Assembly (NCBI GenBank): GCA_963924565.1
Contig: OZ004612.1
Location: 26,102,001 to 26,166,000, forward strand
Source of the DNA: Ascidiella aspersa
Taxonomy: Eukaryota
Direction: 5' to 3'
Length of the DNA: 64,000 nucleotides
In this document: piece by piece, positions 33,962-47,100 of the stretch
Layout of the letters: each line of letters opens with the position of its first letter
How positions within the stretch are numbered: position 1 is the first letter of the stretch
Notes under the pieces: generated by a model
Seen by the model: the letters and a program-made list of their open reading frames with translations, nothing else
What the model was told of the DNA's origin: nothing
Databases searched by the model: none
Translations under genes and position numbers: made by a program

Positions 33962-36900
33962 AATCGATATTTTTTCATTAGAAAAAAATACTTCTTAGTA
34001 TCTGAGATGGTCAATAATAAAATTTTAAACAGAGACCGACACCCTAAAATCAGTACTCGCCCGATACTAAACGTTTCCAAGTGCCGATTCGATATTCAAT
34101 TACCAGTGTTGTAAACGAGTCATTGAAAAATGACTTGAGTCCCAGTCCAAGTCATTGGTGTACCGAGTCACGTCCCAGTCAAATCATTATTGGAGCTAGT
34201 CATCTCCAAGTCAATTACGACTTTTAAGGTATTTTTTGTTCAGGGAATATAAGACAAATTTATTCTTACGGTTATCGTGTTTTGTCAACTTACTGTTCGT
34301 TTGTAAAACGTTTACTTTGACTATTACGTGACTACCTACTTGTGATAAATCGTTGTGGATTGAAAAGCGAGCCTGAAAATTATCGTTATAATTCGATATT
34401 GAATTGGCAGAAAAAAATGGAATATCGGACGACCACCGATACTACCACTTGTTATCGGGTAAGGGCAACGATCCGATATTATCGGACATCCAAGGTAGAA
34501 AACAATCTAACAACACACACCAAATACGATCTAATGTTAACAGAAAAGTCAAAGGCGGTTGCCAAGCGATAAATAAGCGCGAAAAAAGCGCAAATGTGTT
34601 CTGAAATGGGCGAAAAAGTGCAAATGGGTTCGAAAATGGGCGAAAAAGTGCGAAAAAACGCGAGAAAGAGGAGTAGTTCCTTGCACAAGAGCGACAAGAA
34701 AAAGCGCCAACAATCGCGCCTGACAGACGATTGGCCATTGTTACCCTGGTTTCCTGTCGGACAGACGCTTTGGACTGGAGGGGCTTGCAAAATAGTCACG
34801 GGGACAATCGGGGAAGTGATCCGGGCCACAGTGAACAGCGAAAAGTCTCTCAGGAGCCCTAAACAAAACGAAAAAGAGCGCCCTGCCTTCCTCCGCCTTT
34901 CTTGGAAGCCACCCCTCCCCCCGTGAACACCCTACAATCGCTCTAAGCAGCGCGATGGAGTTTTGAGGTTGATGGACTGCCGAGTCGGGAATAGGGCCTG
35001 CTGTACGTCGCCCACGAGGCAATTGAAACCCGAGATGTATCGCCTATTCCTCTCTTATCCCTGATCCAGTGCCAGACGCAAGCCTGACTGAAAAAGCGAC
35101 TGTCTAAGGCCATCTGTACGCGCTCTTGACTTTCGGCAAAGTCTGTAGGCTGGAATACGGCGTAAAATGGGCCCATTTGCAGTTGTTTTTGTGTGATGGA
35201 TTCCCTGATTTGCGCATAGTTTGTAGAATTAACAAAGCACTTATATGTCGTCCATGTATGTCCACTCAACTTACGCACTTTGCCCAAGGTAATGTGAGAA
35301 GCAATATAAAAACTTGTTGGAGTGATTTATGTAGTGGCATTTTGTTGCTATTATTCGAAACTGAGTTTTATAAACGAACTTTATGACGTAGTACATTGCA
35401 GTCCTCGTCACCATAATATATTGACCGCGTAAAGTAACAACGAGATGTTATTCCCTTTCGTTAACTTACCTCTGCTAAGATATTGTATTTGAACAGCGAT
35501 GTGTTCACAAGGTTGGCATAAAGCCAATGTAACTCAACTGGACAAATGGCTCAACTCACTCAACTAACAAAATGTAACAAACAGGCTGTTATGCTGACCG
35601 TTAATAGTGGGCTAGGCTATTCCTGTAAATTAATTGCCGTTCAGTTGTCATTCAATAAACTCAGATACGTTTAGCATAATGCTGTGGCTAAGCTGTTTGA
35701 ACACGCAACAATTAACAAATGGAGCTGATTCAATCTAGCGTAACCAGATTCAACACTCATTCAAACAGAGTTTAGCCCTGCAGGTGTACTCACCATAATA
35801 AACTATACTGCCATAGGTATTTTTCGTTTGGCAACCATCAAATAACTCTATTCATTCATGATTTTAAACTGTATTTTACGGTATTGTGTTTTTGTAGATT
35901 CATCTGTTCAACATATGACTTTTTTTGTATATCATTGTGCACTGTTATGGTTTAAGATGATTTGCTATTAAAAATCTAAAACATATAGGAGAGTCATTTG
36001 CAATAGGAAGTTTATTGGTTGTCATATTCGACAAGTTAGGACGTATAACGTAAAAGAAAGATGCAAGTATAGGTACATTGGTATACTGTAGGAAAACAAT
36101 GATGAGAACTGCAGGCATGTGTATACAGTGCTAGAACGTTTCAGGACTGCATAGAGGACTTGGAGGTGTCTGTCAGCTTTCTTTGACTAAAAGGTGTGAA
36201 AAAAAATTTACCTATCCGCAGTTAGGGTATCACGGTAGAAAATGATACAAATGCAAAAATAAAAGAACGTACTTCGTTGTGTTAAGCGTTGAAGTTTGAA
36301 AACGTGCATCCAAGAAGCAAAACTGGAGAATGTTGGACTTTAACAACAAACCGAATGAATCACTTAAAGCCATTAAATGAAAAACGACTAGACTAGATAA
36401 TTGGAACTGTAAACTGAGTTTTGTCTTAAAACGGGCGAAATAAAAATGTACCGAGAATAAATGCGTTTAAATAGAGCAGTGTTTCTCAACCTAATGTTCG
36501 CGACGCACAATTGGGTCGCGGTATGATTCGTTTTGGCCGATGTTGGCAGTATATGAGTGGCTATACTTTATATATGGTTGGATTTTTTTAAATTTTTTCC
36601 GAGCAAAAATTCTCTAAAACTTGAGACGATTACGGAAGCATTAGGGAGACATGATTCAAATAATAATAAATTCGCACTTTTTTGTGCTCACATCTCACAA
36701 TCTGTTCGCTCACGAACCGTTAAGTAAAGATAATTCAGAAGCAACACTTCGCCATTATACTCCCTCTCTAAATAATTAGGGCTCCGCGAATGAAGGTTGA
36801 AAAACGATGCTAACAAGCAATAAGTACCGCAAATGATGGAATGGATAGCAGCGGCTATACAAAGTCCGCATGGAATGCACAAAAACAAAAAAAAATATAG

Positions 36901-38155
36901 ATTTGCTACCGCGCGCTCCAGAAGAATCATACATAGGCTATGCAAAATGCAATTATGACAAGAGCAACAAAACGAATTTGAAACGAGATTCATACAATGC
37001 TGAAAAGTTCAATATGGCGTGCGCAAAAAATAAAACAACTATGATGCCGCTGATTTTGGAAAGATTAAACAAAACCGCTGAGATATATGCTGGAAATTAT
37101 CATGAATAAGAAACTATTTAAGACTTAAGGAATTTGCTAAATAAATGGCAATTCAAAATGAGGAATCATGTTTTAATTAAGTGGTTTTGGTTGTTTAGCT
37201 ATAGCCTACGACTCTCTTTTATCTTTATTATTTATACTTTAATTTTAACCCTACCTTGATGGAAGTGATTTTATCATGAAAACAGTCCTTTTAAGTACCA
37301 ATAAAAGTGAACTCAGATGTTGGTAACTTTACATTTTTTTTAACTATTGCCGAGCTTTCTTTTGATCAGGTCAGAGTCTGAAAGCTGGTCAACAGTTAAC
37401 TAAAATTTATCAACAGCGACACTAGTTTTTAGTTTTTCAATATGACAAATACTGTTAACAACCAAGCTTGGTTTTCTTGTGCATGAATTTCATGTCACAA
37501 AAATCGTTTTTGACGTTGTTTATCATTTGGTAAACCAAACAGTTGTAGTAAATACGGAAAACAGCCGCCACTTGATAAAGTGGTCGACCAAGCTAACTTT
37601 ATATAGGTTCTATTAACAGCGTTCGATGTAACTCACCATGAAGAAGGCGACTTGTGCAGGTCGTCAAAACTTTGGATAACAGTTATAATTACGAAATAAG
37701 CCTTTTTCTTGTCATTATATCTGGTAGCAAGCAAGTTTATATAAATCTTTACATGGACTCATATTCTGCTTAACTACCGGTGGAAAGCTAGGAAAAATAG
37801 TATTTTTGTTGAATTAAGCAAGTTGGAGCGGTAGATCCTAATCTAGTAAATGTGCTATGTAGACTAAAACACAGCAAACAACAGCCACATTGTCGTCCAG
37901 GCGAAATGGAAAACGCAATACTTGCAATGGGCGAATAAGGGCTGCAATTTAATGGCGAAACTGCACCAAGGTTTTTTTGCCGAAGCACCGCAACACAGGG
38001 CGTTGCTTTTGGATTTGCTACAAACAAGATCACAGTTAATGATTGCTTTCAAGATCTGGCAAGTCAAAAGTACCAGATGACTGACGAGAAGGATTAAGAG
38101 CACCTTTATAGACCAAAACACCAACAACGTACCTTTAAAAAACGAAATCGAATCG

Positions 38156-41100
38156 CTAACCGCGAAGATGCGACGCGGTGCCGTTTCCACTACTGTTCAA
38201 CCGCGGCGCGTTTTCATCCTGCTGCACACAGCCGGCGGCCAGGAGAACATACTGTTCGGGCCCGGAAAACTCTCCGGTTTCAGGCCCCTGACCCTGTGAG
38301 AGCCCGCCAACGGGGCCAAGGTCGAATTGGCGCCGGTTCAGGGCCTGACACGCGGCCAAGGCGCCCGCGTTCCCGCGAAAACTTCCGGCGGGCGCTGGTT
38401 TCGATAACAGCGACTGGTTGTTGGCGTGGGTGTGCTGTAAATTGATCTGTGGCGATCCTGGAAACGCGTTTGACTTGATTTCCGGGTCTTTTGGCGGCAT
38501 TACGGAACCAGAAGGCCCGCCAAAGCCAGTAAACGATCTGCTAAAGTCCGTATCTGCTTGTACGGCTTGTTGTGAAGGCATGGCCTGACCGCTCCGTCGG
38601 TGATCGGAAGACGGAAAGAAAAGGTTGTGTGCCGTGCTAATGGTGCTGCTACTTCTGCTATTAACCGAGGGGCTGCAGCTCGTGGGGCTTGTGTAAGGAA
38701 AGCAGAATGGCGAGGTGTCACGGGTACAACTTTCGCCGATGCCTGCCACGCCTCCGCTGCTGTTATCCACTTTGGAAGCCTGAGGAAGGAATAGGTACGT
38801 TAATACGAGTTTGTCGGTGTATTCAATTTTAAAGCAGCCTTAACTTATTTTTTATTTGTTATGTCATCTAGATTGAATCGTTATCAGACATTGTTTTTCG
38901 TTCGCGCTGAAATTATAATACATAAAGTGTAACACGAAATAGAACCATGTGCAAAACTGTGGAGCGGCAATGGGTCCAATGCATCTTTTAGTCAGCTGCC
39001 CGGTAAAGGTAAAATTAAATTAAATTATGGAAAACGTTTTACAAATGAATAGAGCACAAGGGAAATTTTAAGGGAGTTTAAAGCGGTCATCGAACTGTAC
39101 AGTGTCAACTAGTTCAGTGCGCCATAATACAAGTGTCTAATAAATGGCTTAGTTAAGGGCTCATAAAACAATGACGCAGGTTGTGTCTTTAAAATGGCAC
39201 TGATCGCCAAAATCACAAAATAATATTCGTCATATACGTAAAATTCAGTACCACACTCCCAGATTTGATTAAATCTAAATTATGTTACGTACTATGTGTA
39301 TCACCTGAAAGCCTTCGAAAGGCGAAAAGTCCAGCTTGTTGTGACCAAGTTGAGTCGACCCCGGCAGAGACTCGTTCCGATGCTGCGTCAGACTGGTAAC
39401 TGCCATCTGACAAATATTGTAACTTCAGTAAATTGACTCGGTCGCAGTGTTGTAAACAAGTCCATTTGAAATAACTTAAATCCCAGTTAAGTCGTTCAAA
39501 AAGTAACTTAAATCCAAGTAAATTAATGTCGCATAAATAACAAGTCCCAGTCTAGTCAAATCTAGAGCAAGTCAACTTCAAGTCAAGTCTTTCTCATAAA
39601 AGTAAAACGTGAAATCAAATTGTTTTAATTAGAAAAAACGCTTAATGAAAAAACTTTATATCAGCCCAAGTCGTTTGTCGGAAAGACTTAAGTCAAGTCA
39701 ATTCACTTTCATAAAAGAGAAGTCATTTGAAAACAATGACTTAAATGCACAATTCATTGACTTAAGTCATTGCAACACCCGATCGATTCTTTTTTTTTTC
39801 AATACAGGGCAAAGTCATATATCGTTACGTCTCCCATACTTCTTATACGTGAACAAAACGTAAGGCAATTATCATGAATAAAACTGAATTGAATTAGTTT
39901 AACCAATCATATTTTTAAGACATCTTGCACTAGGAACATTTTAATTATATCTAAACATGTTAAGTACTGCAGTGCGGGCCCCAGACAGAATAAACGCGCC
40001 TAATTTTATACCGCCACCCATAGTTTGCGAAACACCGCGCTAGCTTAACTTGAAGAATCATTGGAATTGCGGTAAACCAATATATATAGGTTTTGCGCCA
40101 CTGAGAGTAATTCAATTTTATGTTTTTCATTGGTGATACCGTTTGGCAACCCGCGTATGCTTATACCTGGTTGGCGATGTCGTTAAACGGAAACTGGACT
40201 TCAGAACTTGGTCCCATAGGTCTTCCATCTTTAAAGTCGCCATCTTCCGTCGGACTGTAACCGTCGTTCGACATCGGTCTGTGGACAACAGAGTTGTTTT
40301 TTAGAAGGACTGCAGACCAGGGCTGCGGTGTCGGACTCGGGACTCGGGACTCGACGGTGTCGGTTTGTTTTGCTGGAGTTGGAATCGGGACTTGGAACTC
40401 GATTAAGACCACGTAAGACTACCCGAGTCCCGAGTCCGACGTGCGCATGCGCAGTTCCAAATTTTAAAACTGATATTGCCGCCAACTGCAAATCGTAAAA
40501 GTGTGATATTTTCCAACCATGTGTTGTGAGTAAATGATTTATATGACACCCTTATGCGGGGATTGTTGAACATCCACCTTAAATAGATTTGATGAAAATA
40601 AATTGCTGAAATACATGCTGTAGAGTCAAAGCCGGATTCTGGGCTCGACGAAATAACACATTTAGCCGGGTTCGGACTCGAGACTCGGGAGTCGGACTCG
40701 GGTTTATTTTATTGGTCGGAGTCGGAAAAAACTGATTTTTGAGCGCCGATCAGAAGCACTATGTTTTCTTTGGACTATGTACGTCTGTTAAACATATTTT
40801 GGTGTAGTGTAAGGTATAAGACATTGGCCAAATATCATGAGTTTTGATCTTTTTGGTGGTGAATTGCAAGCGCCGCAGATATTAATCAATCACCAAAGGA
40901 GAATAGGCGTCAAAGCATGCGACAGTCAACCTAATTTTGCGCACATATTTACAGGGAAATAAAGTGGCGTCTCTGTGTTGTCCGTACTCAGAACTCAGAA
41001 CGACGCTGAAAGCTATTCAACTTGACGTTTCCCATGCATATATAGATTCAAAATAGCTGAACACAACGGGCTATTGGGGGAAATGATCATTAAATGCCAG

Positions 41101-44100
41101 TTCAGCTTAAACTTTGTCTGACTAATTTTCGAAAAGAATCTGGAAGCGGTTTTGCCGTTTAACGGGAAATGGTATTTATAGGCAAATGTAGTTTAAACAA
41201 TATCGCTATAATTTCCGAAAAACAAGGACATTGTTGAATGGGGAATGATGTATAATATTTGTCAGAAGACTGCACGCGTCGTTCACAGCTTAACAAAACA
41301 GCAGATAACTAGTTTTTTGCGGTAATGTCGTTACCTGTTCTTATCATTGAAATAAGACCTCACCCTTATAATATATAAGACTTTAGAGTCAAAACAATAC
41401 TTTTCACGCACCCGAAACGTTTAAGCTCAAGGTAAAGATATTTTTGGGGTCGGTGACTTACTTTGTTCGTTGCAAAATGTCCATTTTTTTTAACTTTGGC
41501 CAATGTTTGGAAACAGTTATTTTAAAGTTTGTTTTTCGATATTGGAATAGCACAGTGTAAATATATGATGCAAGTTTGAGTTATAATTTGGATTTCACGC
41601 GTGATGTCAAATTATGGAAATGGTCGAGCGACAGGTCATCTGTTAAAAGATTAACCATTGCTGCAGTTTTAAGTAACCTCATTTTGAAGTAATTCAAAGG
41701 TAGATGTTACCTTACCGTTTTTACACATTCTGTACATTTGGGCTATACGTGTTTTTTAACTTGAATGGGCTAAACTGGAGTTTGCCAACTACTGAAAAAA
41801 CGTCAGACTCAATATTAAAAGAAAATACATTTTCATTGACAGTTGGACAAACAGCGTTAGTCCAGAGGTAAACCGATTGATACCATCAGGATTCCATGCT
41901 GAGAAATAAGTCTGTGACCCCAATTAATCTATTATAGTTAATCATAACCATTTATCCGCAATCGGTGTGCCGCTACATTCCCGAAGGTGCGTTAGTTGCG
42001 ATTTCAAGGCTACTTTCTTGTGAGGAGTCGAATTAACACGAAAAATGTATATGTCATCAAGGAAGGTGTTTTGATCTTATGCAATAAGTAAGGTGTAGTT
42101 TTATGAACTTTCAATAATATTTAAAACTTTTCTAAAACCTACATTACCTGTTATCACCCGAATTCATGTATTAAAACTGTTTGTTTCATGACTTAACTAC
42201 CAGCATCTACAACCAGTACTAACATTAAGTGTCGTAACACCGTTAAAATTCATATCACTATACGTGTAGCAAAGTTGCGCTCACATACGTATCGGGAAAA
42301 TATCGTTGTCCTGTCAAGCCTCACTTACCTGGGGTTCATGCCGCTCTTGAAGTACATGAAAGGGTCGTTCCTCACTGCTCGCATAGACCGTGCATAGTTG
42401 GCCGCCCTAAACACAGGGAAAAACGGTGTTCAGTTACACAGCAAAACAAGCAGCCATAGCAGCCCTTTCTGTGGATGGTGTATACCAGTGGTTCTCAATT
42501 TTTTTTATATTCTTCAATTACAAGCCTAAACACCGACAATTCCTCCCCAGCAATAACCACGAAATATACTAGTTTTTTTATTGATACTTCGATGTATACT
42601 GCGGACAATCATATTTTTGCAAAAAAGGTTATTTTGATATTGAAATTGGAGTTACCAGAGTGGCCATGAAAATTCTACTAAAATATAAAGGCTGTAGCAG
42701 CCCTTTATATGAATGGTACAGACTACAAGGTTTTTGTCCAGAATCCGAAAACTAATTTTTGTTTCAGCTTTTCCTAGTCGCATAGCAATCAAAAGTGGGT
42801 CCCAATCATTTTTTTACACAAATGGAATTTTTATATTGAAATTGGAGTTACCAAAGTTGTAAAAAATAATTCTGCTGAAAAGCTGATCAGCAACATGTTA
42901 AATAAAATTCCACGTTTTCCCGTAAAAACATAAATTACAAAAATAGGCACGCCAAGATTGTCAATCGTCGGATTGGAAACAGCAAAGCGTTAGACAATAG
43001 TACATTAATTATAATTATCGGTAAAATAGGAAATTATATCAACTAAAATTTAACACACAGATCATCAACGATTGAGATTGGATTTGATTCAATTTCAAAT
43101 GGCACTAATTGGTTGAATTAAAAAGTTGGATTATCTTGTCAAGTTTTTACAATCAAATCGATAAAGTTGGAATTTAGGATAAACAGTTATATTGTTGGAT
43201 TAAGTGCCCAGTTTCTACTTAGTCGCTAGTATCACAGTAATCCAGTGAAGTACTCAATATAGTATAAGGCAGTTCATAAAGATGCCAATTATTCCTCTAC
43301 CAAACTGAAATAAAGTTGTTAATATCGAAATTTAAACTTAACATTACACACCAAGCCACTTGTAAGCTACTGCGGGGAAATAGTGCCCTAATCCCGGCGT
43401 AAAATGTTTTCTTGGCGACGCACGACAAAAAACAAAATGGCGGTCAACGATGTTGATCCACGAGACTGCCCTAGACATCGAATTTTAAAATTCTACACAC
43501 TATTTTCTCCGACACTTGTTTTTCATCATTGAAGAAGGTTATGAGAAAAGGGTAAGAACCATTACCGTATAGAAATCCCCTGTTGATTATGTTTTTTGTT
43601 TTTTTTAATTTTTTTACTGCGCTTACAACAACGTTATTTCATTTGTGTGTCACATTTATTAAATTAGGTTTTAAATGAAAAAAAAATGAATTTGTGCAAT
43701 GAATATTTCTTTTATTATTTAAAATTTCGATGTCTTCTAACAACCAAACTATTGAAATGAGCTAACACTTTGGAGCATAATGGTTGGAGGTTGTAGTAAG
43801 ACGTAATAAGAATATCAAAGCCCATACAGAAGTAGGTATCATTTTGGACGTTTCGAATAACTCTTTATTCATTTTCAACATCATGTTACTTCTGTATGGG
43901 CTTTGATATTCTTATTACAGCTAACACTTAAGTAGCCAAACTATGGTAACCTATAGTAGCCTACGCGACGAGTTTTTAGCACAGGCTTGGATTATTGTAT
44001 ATTCATTTTACTTTAAGTCCAGCATACAGCCATTATGGTCCAGAACTCCATACTACATTAGTCGGCAAACTTTATTAATCGCGGCCTAAAATTATCTTTT

Positions 44101-47100
44101 AAGTTCTATTAAAGGCCCATTCTACCTAAAAATTCTACGACAATAGGGGGGTAGGTCCAGGATTTGGGGGGCGAGGGCATAAAACAAAATTACGTCATAA
44201 AACAATTAATCCTAAAAAACCTGTTGTTCTCGAGCGAAATCGCGAATGTGCAGCTGGACTTTGTAGCGTTTACAGGTCACATGTGCAACATGCCTTAGTA
44301 AGCATCTGACTTTTGGGAAGAATAGATTTATTTAAACACTAAAATGTTCATAAGTATGAAACTAAACAAACACCTTTAGGCACGCCATTTTAAAATTCCA
44401 GTATATCAAATTTGCGGTATTTATTATGCGGCCCCCAACTACATGACATTATAAAGGTGAACATTAAAAATTACCCTTCCCACAAAAAGTGTCAGAAGGG
44501 CTCACATTTGGGCCGCGGCCCACAGTTTGCCGAGCTGACAATTAAGTTGACGAATTACTGATAGCCTAGAACGCGACGGGTAACTGCGTACAGGCTTGCA
44601 AACTAGGATATTCAATCTACCTTCAAATCCAACCTTCCAAAACTCCCCATATACTTATTTTCCGCCTGGGGCTATCGCTCGCACAGGACTTGACATTGAA
44701 TTGCTATAACTATGACTTGACTGGGACTTGAATTGCGACTTATTGAAAAAGACTTGACTTAGACTTAAGTTATTTTACAAAAGACTTGACTGGAACTTAA
44801 TTCATTTTAAACGGACTCGTTTACAACACGTCGGTATATATACTTACTTTTTCGACTGCGGCGATCTGTCGCGCTGCCTGCGGTTCTTGAACCAGTTGCT
44901 GACCTGCAGTACACTGAGGCCGGTAATCTTGGCCAGCTGTCGCTTGTCGTCGGGGTTCGGGTACTTCTGTTTCTTGTAGCACTCCTTGAGCGCGTTACGC
45001 GACTTCTCCTTGAAGCAGTACACCATCTCCTCGCCGTCCCAGATGGTGCGAGGCAGCGGCTTCTTGCGTCGGATGCGGTACTTGTCCACCGCGCCCAGCC
45101 GCCTACCGCGCACCTTCTCCGCTTCGGCGTAGTGCGCGCCGTACCACAGGCCCTGCAGCAGCTGGAAATTCCAAAGTTGTGAGGTTAGTCTGAAAGGTTC
45201 CAACACTGTGCTTAGCATTTTTGAAACCGTATAGACCAGGGATGTGCTAGCTTTTTAACCCAAGGGCCAAGCAAATGGGCTTTGCCTGGTCAGATCACGG
45301 GTCAAATACGTGTATGCGGGTTGGACAGCGGCTCAAACGCATTGCTAATCGACCAGATATTGGTTAAGCAAAGTGCTGACCACTAAGGGCAATTCACCTG
45401 TGTTTTCATTAACGTTTTTAATTTAAGTGGGCATGAAACTACTATAGTTTGAGGATCCGTATATAACTTTTAGTGCTTCTCAGCGTTGGGAAACTAACTT
45501 TTATTGAACATATACGGTAATTCAAAATAAGTCATGTATTGCACTAAAGGCAAAGGGCTGAAAAGGCTCATCACAGCATGCTGCGCACCTATAAAGCATT
45601 AGAAGACTAAACAAATAGATCATATCTTTGATTGCTTTTAGCTTGCAGTTTTCATTCAAAATTCATTTTGTTACGTCACAGTGGTAGCAGCATAACTACT
45701 GTCGGCGTCTTCGCGTATAGCTTTTATTGTTTAAAGTCTAATGCTTTTTTGTGAAAGGAAACAGTGCTCCTGAAAGCCTGGGCTCAGAGATCAGAAACCT
45801 GACCCTTTAATTACCACCCAATGAACTGCCATTTTCATGGTTTGGCGATGCCCTGTTTTCAGAGGCTCTAATTTCAAAAACGCAATGTCACCGCAAGTAT
45901 TATAGGTTGTGGTACGTCGTAATTACAACACCACTTCATAATAAATGGCAAAATGTTTGTTGAAATCATAAAATAACTTTTATCCGATAAAAATATCAAT
46001 CGTCTTAGATCTTTTAACTGAAAGACAGGTTATAAATCAATATTAAACTTCTAATTAAACCAGTTTATGCCAAAGGTTGCTGGCCAGTAGAAAAACTACA
46101 CAAAAAAGAAAAAAATCCTTATTCCTTGAATTCGTTCATGGTTACCAATTTACGTGAATAAACTTTCGTTTTTTTTTTAGCCTAACAAAAATATGTTTTT
46201 TTGTTACTCGACTTTTCTCAAGTTCCTAAAACTTGCTGGCAACAGCCGGACTGAGAATTCGGCAAATCTGTTGATTTGACTGAAACACTTTATCGCAAGT
46301 GGATTGCTTAAAATGCACCAGATTTTACGAATAAATAAAAACACAGGGCTATTGAGACTCGGAGATGAACTCGGGACTTAGCGAGTCGGTTATTTGACTT
46401 AAGTCGAACTCGTGACACCGGAGCCGGACTGGACTTCACGATTTCGGTCGTAGTCGGATTCTTGCTGTATTGAAGCCCAGTGTTTCGCAAACTTTTTTCG
46501 CGGCGGTCCGAATTCTAAGCGTAAGTAACAACTAATCTCTGGCGACCCAGTTGTTTTCAAAGCATTTTTTTTAATCGGACAAAAAAGAAAATAACATTAA
46601 TAAGTTCCAATATTATTTTATAATAATCAATGTATCCTTATGGCTTCCGCAATTTGCTCAAATTCACAGAGAAATTTCAGAATTAGTTCAAACGAAGAGA
46701 ACTACCGCAGTCGGCGAGCCAAATTGGGTGGTGATCAATGAGTTGAGGAACACTGTATTAAACTGACCCCGCAACCCTGCTGGTACCCCGCGTTATTTTC
46801 CAAGCAGCTGTCCAAGTCATTCACATGAACGTTTCGCGAAGTAAAAACATTATTGCATAACACCTTTTGTTCGCTTTAAAAGTTTTATACGGGACGCAAA
46901 GTCTATAGGAATTTTATATCAGGTGATGTGTTTTTGTTTGATTTACTTAAACCTATTGCCTATACATTGTGAAAGCCAAAAGGCTCTAGTCCCCATTCCT
47001 TTCGAGGCTAATTATGCCTAATTGCCGCATTGGTCTATTTTATATATCCTCACAATAAAAAAACCTTTTCAGGATAAAAACAGATAGGATATGATTAGTA

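Noticed and set aside
37864-38190. Hydrophobic 108-aa ORF
   Set aside because: Overlaps the Six4/5 stop and 3' UTR; no recognisable domain.
44848-45161. Six1/2 or Six3/6 assignment
   Set aside because: [16 protein letters not shown] and the QRDRSP C-terminus match Six4/5, not the ETSY or QKTH types.
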